From the IMG/VR virus record IMGVR_UViG_3300006108_000010, positions 1-64,000 of that record: a stretch of DNA of 64,000 bases. One strand, written 5' to 3'. Origin of the DNA: an uncultured virus (IMG/VR IMGVR_UViG_3300006108_000010) (Duplodnaviria; Heunggongvirae; Uroviricota; Caudoviricetes). Position 1 is the first letter of the stretch; each line of letters starts with the position of its first letter. Position numbers and translations under genes: made by a program. Positions 39,280 through 50,405 of this stretch are shown here, piece by piece. The notes beneath the pieces are model-generated. The model worked only from the letters and a program-made list of their open reading frames with translations, ran no database searches and was not told the origin of the DNA.

Positions 39280-39752
39280 TTAATCTATATAAATATCCTC
39301 CCCTCCGATTACGATAGGAATGTCATCAAGGTTATTGGCAGTGATGCCATACCTGTCATCGTCATGGAACTTGTCAATGGCATGACCCTTGTTATAAGAA
39401 GATTCAATCCAAGTATCATACTCGTCGTTCCAGTGATTACCCTTGGGAAGATGTAGATTGTAGTAGTCCATTAGATTACCTCAAAAAGCTTGTCACCAAT
39501 GGTGAAGGTATTACCAGAGATGCTAGCATCTTGCAATTCATCGTGGAAGATAGTGAAGCAGTTTCCTTCGATAACGATATCTGGGATTCCCTGCTCACTT
39601 GTTGCTGTGCTGTCCCATTCAAGAACCTCAAGCTCTCCCTCTTTGTTTCCAAGGTCATCAATTCTATATGCTTTAACCTCTACTGCTTGGTCGAGCATCT
39701 CTAGGATTGCATCTTCCTTTGTCATTAGCATCTCGCCATCTTCGTCAATCAT
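39280..39752 (-). CDS. Two small acidic hypothetical proteins (39471..39752, 39280..39471)
   Basis: Start re-placed because the track start crosses the repeat core at 39762. Confidence 0.55.
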
Positions 39753-39843
39753 ATTTTTAGTTTGGGTAAAATGAAATCTTTTTTCGGTTGCCATTTGGGG
39801 AGGAGGGTGCTAGTAGGCAACACACCCTCCTCCCCACCTCGTC

Positions 39844-40938
39844 CTAGCCTACATTCTTCTTGACAAACTTACCAAGGGCATCTCTGACATTGTGGAAGAG
39901 ATGACCATTAGGCTTGACACCATACTGGTTGTTGTTCTCACAACCGCATTGACCACCACAGCAACCATCGTTGCCATCGTTGCCTACCTGATCCTCGTTG
40001 GTGAGTGTAGTCTTGCCAGCACATCCTCCTCCGTAGCATCCAGAGTATTTGTCATCGTAGCAGGAGTTACAGAGCATCTCGGAGTTCTCATCCCAATTAT
40101 CAAGGATGGTTTGGCAGTTGGCACAATACTCGTTCTCATCCTCGTCCTCGTAATCTCCTCCATCAGAAGAGTAGAGATCGTTGTCGAATCCATTCTCTCC
40201 ACGATTGAGCTTGATCCTCCAATCCTCGGTGTATTCACCGATCACTTCATACTTACAGCAACGACCCTTGGTGTTGTTGTAGTCAGCAGGGATTGACACC
40301 ACATCCTTGGGATTGATCTTGACAATCATGGTGTGACCTCCGTTGTGATCTGCAAAGTGAGGCAGATAGTTAATCGAGCAGAAGTGCAATCCACTTGAGC
40401 AAGTGCGATCCTTGTCCTCGTCCACCTTGTAGCGAGGCATCTCACACACCTTGCCAATGGAGTTGTCAAATGTCCCACTATGAATGTCCTTATAGTCTGC
40501 ACGAACATTCTTGAAGGCGAGGAAGTGACCATCCTCTGTGATTGGGAGTTCACCCACATCCAGAAAATCGTAGAGTTCATTGACTGCACGATAGGAGGGA
40601 TTCTCCATCAGGTTATAGAGGAAGTTCAGCAGAGGCTTGAAGGGCAAGTCCTGTTGCATGAAACTAATCACCCTCTTGGTGAGAGTATTGTGGATAGGCT
40701 CACCCTTGTAGACGATGATGCCATCTACAATCTGGACATCAGAGTTGAGAACAAAATCCTTGACCTTACGAGAAATGTCTACATGGTCGAGGAAGGCGTT
40801 CCAATCCTGTGCCTTGACTGCCTCAAGTGCCTTGAAGTAGTTGGGGTGCGTGTTGTCAATCGTGTAGATTGATCCGTTGATACAGGCAGTGATCTTTCCC
40901 TGTCCTGTAATGGTGACTGCATTGTTGGTGTTGTTCAT
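39844..40938 (-). CDS. rIIB: rIIB-like protein
   Basis: NPSYRAVNELYDFL, LPITEDGHFLAFK, CSSGLH, VKINPKDVVSIPADYNNTKGRCCKYEV. Confidence 0.93.
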   Translation of the reverse strand: MNNTNNAVTITGQGKITACINGSIYTIDNTHPNYFKALEAVKAQDWNAFLDHVDISRKVKDFVLNSDVQIVDGIIVYKGEPIHNTLTKRVISFMQQDLPFKPLLNFLYNLMENPSYRAVNELYDFLDVGELPITEDGHFLAFKNVRADYKDIHSGTFDNSIGKVCEMPRYKVDEDKDRTCSSGLHFCSINYLPHFADHNGGHTMIVKINPKDVVSIPADYNNTKGRCCKYEVIGEYTEDWRIKLNRGENGFDNDLYSSDGGDYEDEDENEYCANCQTILDNWDENSEMLCNSCYDDKYSGCYGGGCAGKTTLTNEDQVGNDGNDGCCGGQCGCENNNQYGVKPNGHLFHNVRDALGKFVKKNVG

Positions 40939-40976
40939 GATTACGATACTACTTTGTTTGGGTTGTGTTGTCAATA

Positions 40977-42956
40977 CTATTTTTCCAGTTTCTTTGCAAG
41001 GAGCAGATACATCTTCTGATCCTCACCCCACTCTCCTAGCAGAGAGGAGAGGAGGAAGTCAAGAACTTTATCTTCCATCTTGAAAACTTTATTGCTGTCC
41101 CTGTTATCCATGTAGCCAAGGATTTCGGTGATCTTGCTATACTTCTGCTTGAAACTTTGGAGCTTGACAAGCATCTCCTTGATAGGATTGTCGTTGGCGA
41201 GATCAGAAAACTCTTGACGATTCACGATGTCATGCAACCTGTGAGTCGAGTAGGATTGGAGGATGTCCACTTCACTCATGTCAACCCAAGATAGGTCGTG
41301 ATTCTTGTTGAACTCCTCAACAAAATCCTTGACACCCCTTGCCTTGAGCTTCTTTGCCTCCTTGTCATTGGCAAGCACAATATCATTGAGCGAGATATTA
41401 AAGGCTTGACAATAGGAGCGAAGGCGATCCTTGTCGCTGATGATGCGAAGATGATTGAGCTTGACATTCAACTCCCAATTCTTCCCCTTCAGGATATAAT
41501 ACTTGGGAAGATTTGTTTCAGTCGGTTCGATTGTCCTTGACTCCCAAGAGACATTGTAGGGGTGACCAATCTGATAGCAGGTGATGTCCTCTTTAGCCTT
41601 GACTACGATAGTGCCACCAGAGAGCTTCCTCTTGGCAGTAGGGGAAGGCAGGGAGGAGGCAGGGAGGAAGTTATCAGGGAATCCTGCATCCATCATGTCA
41701 TCCCTCTGCTCTTGAGTGAAGAGGATGGCATAAGTGTCATTAGTCTCACGAACAAGAGTCTTGACACGAGCGATAGGATTCTTGCATCCATCATCGTAAT
41801 ACCATGTGAACTTCTTGTCGAAGGAGAAGGATGAACTGGTGCTGACCTGCTTCCTGTAAGAGTAGCGAGTGAAGGACTGCACAGATGTCTTGAGAATATC
41901 CTTGACAACCTTGTAAGGCTCGGTGATGTCCTTACCTTTGAACTGGACATTCTTGAGTTCAAAATTGCTTGACCCGTAGTAGGAGAACCTCTCGGTGTAG
42001 GAGAGCAAAGCATGGATGGAGTCAAGGATGTTATCCTTATTTTCTATCTGCTCTTTTGCCTTGGTCTTGATCTCTGTCAAGACTTTTTCCAGCTTGTCAT
42101 TGATTGCCTTGATAGTGGCATCATCATAGGACAGGTGTTCACGAGAGGGAGCAAAGTCGAGTTCTCCCATAGCGAACTTCAGAACCACACCTTTGCGAAC
42201 GATGTTGTTATACTTGTCGGCAACCTTGTAGTGGTCGATAGGATAGGTGACTCCTCCCATGATGGCAAATGCCTCCCATTGATTAGAGGAATCCATGAAC
42301 ATCCAATCCTCACCAGAGAAGGTAGGCTTCTCCTCTGACCAATGGCACACCCCACCAGAGGTAGTTGGCTTGACATCGAAGAATCGAAATGCCTTCTGGA
42401 CTGCCTTGATGAAGTCACAGAAATCTTTCTCCTTGACAGGGATCTGGACTGCCACACCATTTTCTTCCTTGGTGTTCTCCTGACTCATCAGGGCAATAGT
42501 CGGGTTGCCATCTTGAGCGAAGTAGGCATTGTAGATTCTCTTGACACCATCATGGATGGAGGTGACAGAGAAGTTGTCCGTATAACAGAAGGGAGACTTG
42601 CTACCTAGACCAAGGCAACCGATCTGCTCATTGGTATTGGTCTTGGTGCTTTCAAAGTAAGTGGAGTAGATGTCGTAGATATTCTGGTGCGAGATACCTG
42701 TTCCGAAATCCTGAATGGTGATCCAAGGCTCAAGAGAGTTGGGAAGGTGAATGTGGAAAGGTTGACCTACCTTGCCAGAGGCAACCATAGAATCATTGGC
42801 GTTGCAACCAAGCTCTCTGACGATGGCAAGAGGCTTGTCAGAGTAAAGGTCAGAGAGGATCTGGAAGGCTTTACGAGAGGACTTCATCTTGAAGGACGAA
42901 GTGCCCGTGATGTTTCCGATCTGTTCGATTTGATTTGGTGTGTCTAGTAGTTTCAT
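40977..42956 (-). CDS. rIIA: rIIA-like protein with GHKL ATPase N-terminus
   Basis: LYSDKPLAIVRELGCNAND, QDFGTGIS, GLGSKSPF; adjacent to rIIB. Confidence 0.93.
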   Translation of the reverse strand: MKLLDTPNQIEQIGNITGTSSFKMKSSRKAFQILSDLYSDKPLAIVRELGCNANDSMVASGKVGQPFHIHLPNSLEPWITIQDFGTGISHQNIYDIYSTYFESTKTNTNEQIGCLGLGSKSPFCYTDNFSVTSIHDGVKRIYNAYFAQDGNPTIALMSQENTKEENGVAVQIPVKEKDFCDFIKAVQKAFRFFDVKPTTSGGVCHWSEEKPTFSGEDWMFMDSSNQWEAFAIMGGVTYPIDHYKVADKYNNIVRKGVVLKFAMGELDFAPSREHLSYDDATIKAINDKLEKVLTEIKTKAKEQIENKDNILDSIHALLSYTERFSYYGSSNFELKNVQFKGKDITEPYKVVKDILKTSVQSFTRYSYRKQVSTSSSFSFDKKFTWYYDDGCKNPIARVKTLVRETNDTYAILFTQEQRDDMMDAGFPDNFLPASSLPSPTAKRKLSGGTIVVKAKEDITCYQIGHPYNVSWESRTIEPTETNLPKYYILKGKNWELNVKLNHLRIISDKDRLRSYCQAFNISLNDIVLANDKEAKKLKARGVKDFVEEFNKNHDLSWVDMSEVDILQSYSTHRLHDIVNRQEFSDLANDNPIKEMLVKLQSFKQKYSKITEILGYMDNRDSNKVFKMEDKVLDFLLSSLLGEWGEDQKMYLLLAKKLEK

Positions 42957-43118
42957 AGTTGAGCTACCATACAATCTTTCCCCAAACATTCAAGAACAAT
43001 TTCAAAAATCTTTGTGCTTGACACCAGACCCATATGCCAAGTGTCAAGGATTATTTTTATCTTGACACATAGGGGTAAAATACTTTGTCAAGGTTTTTTT
43101 TTATTTTTTATATAAAGA

Positions 43119-43155
43119 ATGGGTAAAATGAAATCTTTCAAACAATTTCGCCCAA
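43119..43155. repeat. 37-bp element
   Basis: ATGGGTAAAATGAAATCTTTCAAACAATTTCGCCCAA. Confidence 0.85.
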
Positions 43156-43204
43156 GGGCGAAGATTTTGAAAAATTCATAAATTTCATATTTTTCGTTTT
43201 ATAT

Positions 43205-43244
43205 AAAAAAAATCCCAATAGGGGTATTTCACCCTATTGGGAAA
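43205..43244 (-). terminator. Intrinsic terminator
   Basis: TCCCAATAGGG...CCCTATTGGGA with A tract. Confidence 0.8.
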
Positions 43245-43266
43245 TTCTGTGAATTAGAATCGCCTC

Positions 43267-44816
43267 CTAGCGAATCCAGAGACCCTTCTTATTCCTCTTG
43301 TTATGGTAACGACACTTCAGCTTGAACTTGTCGAACTGATTGACTGCACCAAGGATATGGTATCGAGAAGTATTGATCTCCTCCATAAGGATCTCCTTCT
43401 TAACACTAGTTGGAAGAGTCGTGAACTGATCTCCCATATAGGAGAAGTCTTTAACTACGATCTTGTTGTTTGTCACTTTACTGATTCACCTCCTTCTTTT
43501 TAGCCCTTCTCTCTAGCCTCTTTTGGCGAGATTGGGCGATAAACTCTCTGTCCTTGTCTGTAAGGTCAAGCATATCATACTTGTATTCCTTATCCATCTT
43601 CTTCCAGATGGCTTCAGACTTCATTACGTTTTTAGCTTTCCAGATCATCATTTAAGAATAGCAAAGGTTGATTTGTTTGTCAATAAGGAATTAAAAAACT
43701 CTCTTCCCATCACTATGACGAACTTTTGCTTCGCAGAGTTGCTTCTTATCGTTTTTGAAAACGACAACCTTATCCCCATCAGAGTCCTCATCGAACATGA
43801 TGACGTTCAAGGAACGAATAGGGATGATCTTCTTATCCCAAGAAATGTAATAGTCCATTAGATAGTTCATAGTATTAGTTGTTGTTGATGTATGCTTGTC
43901 TTTCGTTTCTCTCTTCCCACCCTGTATCTTCCTCTACTTCTTCCAAGGTTTCAACCTCGTATTCAGCATTGCCACTTCCCCACAATGCCTCCATAGCGAT
44001 TTCAATGGCATTATCGTATGCCTCCTCTTCGTTGTTTGCTTCCACATCAAAAGACATGGAATCATAGGTGGTGCGAGTGACTTCGACTTTGTATGTTTTC
44101 TTCATATTCTTATGCCTCCAAATTGATATAGATTTGCTCCTTGTTCAGATCCCAAAGCATATCCCCAAATGCTTTCCACTCATCCTCTGAACAAGTAAGG
44201 GGTGCTTCCTCTCCCTCCTCATTGATACCAGAGGAGAACCACTCATAGGCATCGTCAATAAAACGAGCGAATCTCTCGCCAGAAATCAGAGTCAGATTAT
44301 TATCCCCATAGGAAAAATCTGGTTCTGCACTCCCTAGCATATCCCAAAACCAATCCCATTCAGCAGGGACTAGATCGGGTAGGTCTACTACTTTTACTTC
44401 TCTCGGTGTTGGTGTGGTCATAAGGCTTACCTGTTTACCAGAAGATCCCAAAGAGTGTCAAGATCAATTTTAATTTCTTTTTCCGATGTCCTAGTCCACC
44501 CGTCAAAGGTAGACTTGACAAGCGTGATATATTGAACCATCTCATACCCCTTCTTTTCAGTCGAGGTCTTGGTGCAGTAACTGGTGCGGTTTTCTTTCAT
44601 AGGAATTGGATTGGATCAGTTTCAGCTATTCTTGTCAAGCCATTTTCTCAATGGTTTTTCTCCCAATGCTCCCCTGTGAAAGGTGTGCATGGGCTTGCTC
44701 TTATCTTTAGGATAGAGCATGAAGCGGTTGCCCCTCTGGACAACCCTGATTCCTTTAGTCTCTGCCTCCTGAATCAAGAGGTCAAATAATGGTGAGTGGT
44801 GTTTTGCCATAGACAA
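43267..44816 (-). CDS. Small hypothetical proteins (43267..43476, 43875..44105, 44110..~44421, 44622..44816 HicA-like fold possible)
   Basis: ORF track; fold guess is weak. Confidence 0.45.
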
Positions 44817-44871
44817 GAAAGTAAATCAGAAAACCTTTTTCATGTCAACACCTATTTCCAACTTTTTTTAG

Positions 44872-44999
44872 TTGGGTAAAATAATATGTTTCCCAATTTT
44901 TCCCCAAAGGGGAAGGTTTTGGGAATTGGGTAAAATAATATTTTTTCACCATTCCTGCCCAAATGGGTAAAATAAAATGTTTCGGAATATTTTACCCAT
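44872..44999. repeat. Three clustered 36-37-bp elements
   Basis: 44872-44907, 44926-44962, 44963-44999. Confidence 0.85.
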
Positions 45000-45548
45000 T
45001 TGGGCAAAACGAATTGTTTCAGAATTTATTCTGAATTTTTTCGCATCATGCGAATTCTTCAGAAATAATTCAGAAGACTTGTCAAGGACAAAAATTCTGA
45101 ATTACAGGCTTGACAAAGTATTCCGAATTACTTGTCAACCTTAAAAATATTTTGAAATTTTCCTTGACAGGAATTTTTTTTCAAAATTTTTTTGTAAACT
45201 GATTGTAATAAGGATTTTTTTATGATAAAATATAAGATTCTTCTCTAAATATCCTAAAGTAAGTTAAAAGGAATCTAAACCTTTTTAGAAGAAATGTTAA
45301 ATAAGCCAGAAAAACAACAAAAGGATATGTTCTCAGGGGATAATTTTAAATCTTCTCCCTTTCGTGTGCTTTGGTGTCATAGGGAGTTTCAGCGTTTACT
45401 CACTAAGTGTTTTGAATTATCTTTGGTTTTAATAGAGATAACCTATAGGATGAATTAGTATCTTTTTATTTCTCTTTACTTTACGAGGCAATGGTAAACT
45501 TGCGGTAATACAGCACCATGTTGTATTTTTACACGGTGTTGTATTAAA

Positions 45549-45767
45549 TCACACTTGTCCTTTCTTTATACTGTCGTATTGCCTTGCCAAGATTTGCATC
45601 TTCTCTAGTTTGTCTAATCTTCTTGCTGAGAGTTCTTGTGCTTCTCCTATGAGTTTATCTGCTTGGCTTTTAAGTGATATGGTTTCTGCTTGCATGTTAA
45701 TGATTTCTTTTCTTATTTCTTCTAGCTTGTTTTGTTTTTCTTGGTCTCTTATTTCTTCGCTTGTCAT
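45549..45767 (-). CDS. Small coiled-coil protein
   Basis: 72-aa ORF. Confidence 0.55.
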   Translation of the reverse strand: MTSEEIRDQEKQNKLEEIRKEIINMQAETISLKSQADKLIGEAQELSARRLDKLEKMQILARQYDSIKKGQV

Positions 45768-45907
45768 AGATAGTTTTATTTATTAGGTGCTCATAAGTTT
45801 GCAAATAGTGTTATGTAATGTGGAGTTGTGGTAATAGAAAATAGTGTTGTATTATTTCACGGTGCGCTATTAAATCGGAGTTGTCTTTTGGGTAAATATT
45901 ATTACCT

Positions 45908-46648
45908 ATGACCACTACACCTTCTACTCCTGCGCCCAAGTTGGATAATTTGGGAGTCACCTTAAATTCTTTTCCTTCTTCGGTTGACTATACTGTTGGT
46001 ATGCCTTCTGATTTAGGCGTTATGCTTAATGATCGTTTGGGGGATTGCACCTGTGCTGCTTTCTTTCATGCCATTCAGGTTTGGACATTTAACTGTGGCA
46101 ATATGGTAACCTATTCTGATAATGACGTAAAGCTTCTCTATGAAAAGGCAGATGGTTATGTTGATGGCGATAGTAGTACTGATCAAGGGGGAAATGAAAA
46201 TCATGTCTTGGATTATCTTTTAAGTCAGGGGGCAACTACAAGTGATGGTAAAGTTCAAAAGATTGCTGCCTTTGTTCAGTTAAACGAGCAGAATCATGAT
46301 CACATTAAAAGTGCAGTCTATGATTGTGGTGTAGTCTATTTGGGTTTCTCTGTGCCTTCTTACATCTTACCTCCTGATGGAGATGCTCCTCCTGTGTGGG
46401 ATATTAATCCTTCTTGGGATAAACAATATGAGGGTGGTCATGCCGTTATTATTGCAGGATATGATGACAATGGTGTTAAGGTTATCTCTTGGGGGAAATA
46501 TTACACTATGACATGGAATTTCTGGGATGCTTTTGTAGACCAAGCATTTGCCATGACTTCCCCAGATTGGATCAATGCAAAGGGAGTTAATCCTCTTGGG
46601 TTAAGTCTCGATCAGCTTGATTCTCTCATGCAGACATTTAAAAATTAA
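45908..46648 (+). CDS. Papain-like cysteine peptidase
   Basis: NDRLGDCTCAA, GGHAV, ISWG; TAAATA upstream. Confidence 0.75.
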   Translation: MTTTPSTPAPKLDNLGVTLNSFPSSVDYTVGMPSDLGVMLNDRLGDCTCAAFFHAIQVWTFNCGNMVTYSDNDVKLLYEKADGYVDGDSSTDQGGNENHVLDYLLSQGATTSDGKVQKIAAFVQLNEQNHDHIKSAVYDCGVVYLGFSVPSYILPPDGDAPPVWDINPSWDKQYEGGHAVIIAGYDDNGVKVISWGKYYTMTWNFWDAFVDQAFAMTSPDWINAKGVNPLGLSLDQLDSLMQTFKN

Positions 46649-46693
46649 ATAAAATTTGACATCTCTTTGGTTTGCCTCTACTATTAGAGAGAT

Positions 46694-46999
46694 ATGACAA
46701 ACCTAAATGACAGTGACATTGAAGAAATCATCAACAAATTTGATACAATCATCGTAGATTTCTGGGCTGCGTGGTGCGGTCCGTGCAAAATGCTCGCCCC
46801 TCTTCTGGACGAGATCGACAAGGACGAATCTATTAACGTTAAGGTTGCTAAAATTGATATTGATTCTAATCCTTCCTCTGCCACAAAATATAGTATTCAA
46901 AAGCTTCCCACGCTTGTTCTCTTTAAAAACGGTGTGGAAGTAAGTCGCCTCTTTGGTATCCAGAGTAAGCAAACCATCCTTAACCTCATTAATTCCTAA
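46694..46999 (+). CDS. trxA: Thioredoxin
   Basis: VDFWAAWCGPCK, LPTL. Confidence 0.95.
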   Translation: MTNLNDSDIEEIINKFDTIIVDFWAAWCGPCKMLAPLLDEIDKDESINVKVAKIDIDSNPSSATKYSIQKLPTLVLFKNGVEVSRLFGIQSKQTILNLINS

Positions 47000-47002
47000 A
47001 AC

Positions 47003-47468
47003 ATGGAAGAAGAAAACCAGAACTATGTGCATCTTATGGAAATAAGTGCAGAGATAGTCGATGCCCAAAAGGGGATGCTCAAGTTCAGAATGTATCCTTC
47101 CGATATGTTTCTTGCCTACGCTGAGCACATGCAACCCGATACCCTTGCAACTATTCTTGGCGTTCTTGCCCAAGTTGTCATTGACAGAAGAGAAGAAAAG
47201 GATCAGATAAAATTTGTCAAAAGCTTTTTGAAACACTTTAAAAAGAACCTAGACGAGACAATGATTTATGACACCCACAAAATTAACACAGAAGATTGAA
47301 CATGCCAGTGCAGTAGATATCCGTAACGACAATTGCTCAAAGCAAGACTTGCTGTGGTATCAAAACTATAGAAGAGAAGTTCTCAAACTCCCAAAGGAAA
47401 GAAAACCCTTTAAAAAGAAGTTGACACGCAAAAATAAATCTGTTAAGGTAAGAACCTATGAAAATTAA
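47003..47468 (+). CDS. Two hypothetical proteins (47003..47299, 47268..47468)
   Basis: ORF track. Confidence 0.5.
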
Positions 47469-47955
47469 AACAACATTGGTAACACTCCTCACTGTGACTG
47501 CTCTTGCAACCAATTCCCAAGCATGGACTGCTTCTGGTAGTCATGGTGGCTATGCATCAGGCGGTGGAGGCTCTTATAGTGTAACAACGCCTCGTGGTAA
47601 TACCTACTCTGGAAGCTACAATGGTGGCTTTTACAATCGAGGCTATGCAGGAAGTGCATGCGCCTATAACAGAGCCTACGTCAGAGCCTACAATGCAGGA
47701 TACGCAAGTGGATACTGTGGGGGCGGAGGCTACTACAGGGGTGGATATTGCGGCGGAGGTTACTATGGTGGCGGTTACTACGGTGGAGGCTATTGTGGCG
47801 GAGGATGGTGCGGTACGGCAATTCCCAATGGTTTGGGATGGGCATTGTTTGGTATTGCCTCTGTACTAACTCTTGGTCTCATCTCGGCTCCTCCTGTTGC
47901 AGTTGCTCCTCCTCCAACTGTTTACACTCCTGCACCCAATGCCCTGCCCTATTAA
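47458..47955 (+). CDS. Secreted/membrane Gly-Tyr-rich protein
   Basis: Signal peptide ending AxA, GGYY/GGYC repeats, C-terminal TM and Pro-rich tail. Confidence 0.7.
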   Translation: MKIKTTLVTLLTVTALATNSQAWTASGSHGGYASGGGGSYSVTTPRGNTYSGSYNGGFYNRGYAGSACAYNRAYVRAYNAGYASGYCGGGGYYRGGYCGGGYYGGGYYGGGYCGGGWCGTAIPNGLGWALFGIASVLTLGLISAPPVAVAPPPTVYTPAPNALPY

Positions 47956-47971
47956 GACTATTGGTTCATTC

Positions 47972-50231
47972 ATGAAAACAGCACTCATTATATCTACTCT
48001 TAATTTGTTCTCCATTACCTGTGCTCTGATTGCAGGATACATGGCAATTCATGGTATAACAGGTTGGGGATGGTTCTTGATCTCTGCCGTTCTGTCTCAT
48101 TGCTCTATTTCAGGAGTAAAAGAAGATAAGAAGAACGATGAGTAGTCATCATAAATGTCCATTCTGTAGAAGCGTTCTGGTAAGTGGAACTGCTGAAGGT
48201 ACTCTTGATGGATCTAATCCTATCACATGGGATTGTGGAACCAATGTCAAAAGTAATGTTGTGCTTCCATCGGACGAATGTAAGGAAAGAATCAATAAGA
48301 GACTAGAAGTAAAGCAAACCAATGTGAGCGAATATGTCTCTATGATGAAGGCTATTGATCCCTTGCTTCCTGAAAGAGTTGTTGTCATGAAAGAGAAGAC
48401 AATCAACTTTGAATGCAAGGAAGACTTTAAACCAAAGGTAATGGAATTAATGAAGAAACTTGGAATTTAAGGTTGACTTCATATTCAAAATACCCTATAC
48501 TGTATAAACAATTATGAGAGACATATTCACCGCATTCCTATCGTTCCTCACAATCATTGTAATCGTGCTTGGTTTAAGCTGGGTTTTTACAGGAAACGAT
48601 TTCTTCCTGTACAAATACTTTGCTCCAAAGCAGGAAGCAGTTCGTCGTCAAGTCTTTGAGCAATCCAAGGCATATAACCAAGGAATGATTCAAGAACTCC
48701 AGAACATGCAGTTTCAGTATCTACAGACTGATAAGGATCATCAGGCGGCACTTGCAGGTATCATTCTCCATCGTGCCGCTGATTATGATATTGACAAACT
48801 GCCTCCTGATCTGTATAGTTTTATCCAGACGCTTAAGAATAACCAAACCCACAAATACTAATGAATATAAAATCAACAAAAATAGAAGACAATAACATAA
48901 ACACATTGGAATTTCCAACTTTGATGGTCAATGATGAGGGAATGGTTATTTTAGCAACAAATACAGGTCATGGTGGTCTTGGTTATACTGGCACATTGTT
49001 ATACAGTAAATTTCCAAATGAAATTGGAATGCATCTAGACAAGTGGAGTAGTCAATTCAAACCATATTATGGTAAAGTAACACTAGAAAAGCACCTTTCA
49101 GCATAAAAACAAAATAAAACAAACATGAAAAACAAACTAATCCTAATTATTGCCACAGTAGCAACAATTGCAATCACTGGTTGTGATACTACCATACGTA
49201 CAACGAGTGATCAGGTTCAGAATCGTAGACAAGAAGAAATCCTAAAAGAATGTGCATCTGAAGTTGGTATGCCAGCAATCAAGAACTTTCGTGAGAAGAA
49301 ACTTCTCAAGGATATTCTTGAGATGCGAGATCAGGATGGTCTTACTACCTATACCTATATCGTAGCAGAGAATACTGGTAAGCTTATCTTCCTTGGGGAG
49401 TCGATTGGTTATGGTATTCCTTATGCCACCCAATATACTAGTCCAATGAGACCAGCAAAGTCTTATGAAACATATGAACAGGGTAATGTAACTATTCCAC
49501 AGGCTGATCCCAATGGTTTGTATTCCCCTGCAAGCTGTGATGGTACTTGGGTTCTTCTAAAAGATCCTAATAGTAATAACGTGAAGCCAGTTTATATCGA
49601 ACCTCGCATTATTGTAAGCCCCTTTAAACTTCAGAATAACTAAAATTTATGAGCAAAAAACTAGTAACAATAATCGACAAGGAAAATTCAATGTACGTTG
49701 GAGAGCTTGTCGCAGATAGAACCGATCACCTCGTGATCAAAAACCCAGTAGGCATCGCCTACCCAAGAGACAAGGATGGTAACGTCAGTATTGCAGTAGT
49801 CCCTGTAATGTATGATGGTTTCCTGAGTCAGAAGGCAATCAAGGAAGGAGTTCATTTTAACTTCTACACGACGAGCCTAAAGTGGTATGGTGAGTATATT
49901 GAATTTCATCCTCAGTTCATTCAAAAGTATGAGGATATCTTTAAGCACACGCCAGCTGTTGCAACTCCTAATATCATTGAACAGGAAACTCCAGCAGCTA
50001 ATTGAATGCATCGCTGATGATGCATTGAAGATGGATGGTTATGATGACTGTATCGTTGGTGTAGTCGAAAGACTCCGTCAGCCTAACCATCTCATCTACG
50101 ATGTCGATAAGGTTCTAAAGAAACTTATGAAACAGGGTATGACCAGCCATGAAGCACAGGAATGGTACGAATTTAATATGGTTGGAGCATACGTAGGAGA
50201 AACAACCCCTAGCTTTTTATACAAGCCGTAG
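47972..50231 (+). CDS. Operon of small hypothetical and membrane proteins (incl. 48138..48470, 48514..48861, 48861..49106, lipoprotein 49125..49643, 49649..50005, ~50031..50231)
   Basis: Coupled ORFs; ITGC lipobox in 49125; TTGACT-N17-TATACT at 48473-48501. Confidence 0.6.
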
Positions 50232-50405
50232 TATGGAAGACAAATACGGAAAGACAGAACATCATTACCTTGTGAAAGGTGAATGGGTTCCTGCTTCTAA
50301 AACAGAATTCATAGACATATCAGAAGACCTATTCGGTTACGATGTCTATGAATTTAAATACAATGGGAAAGTTTACACTTCCCATGCAGTGATGCGCTAC
50401 TCTTC

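Noticed and set aside
44872..44999. CRISPR mini-array (36-37-bp repeats)
   Set aside because: Repeat centres diverge, gaps are 18 and 0 bp rather than uniform spacers, and no cas genes are in the window.
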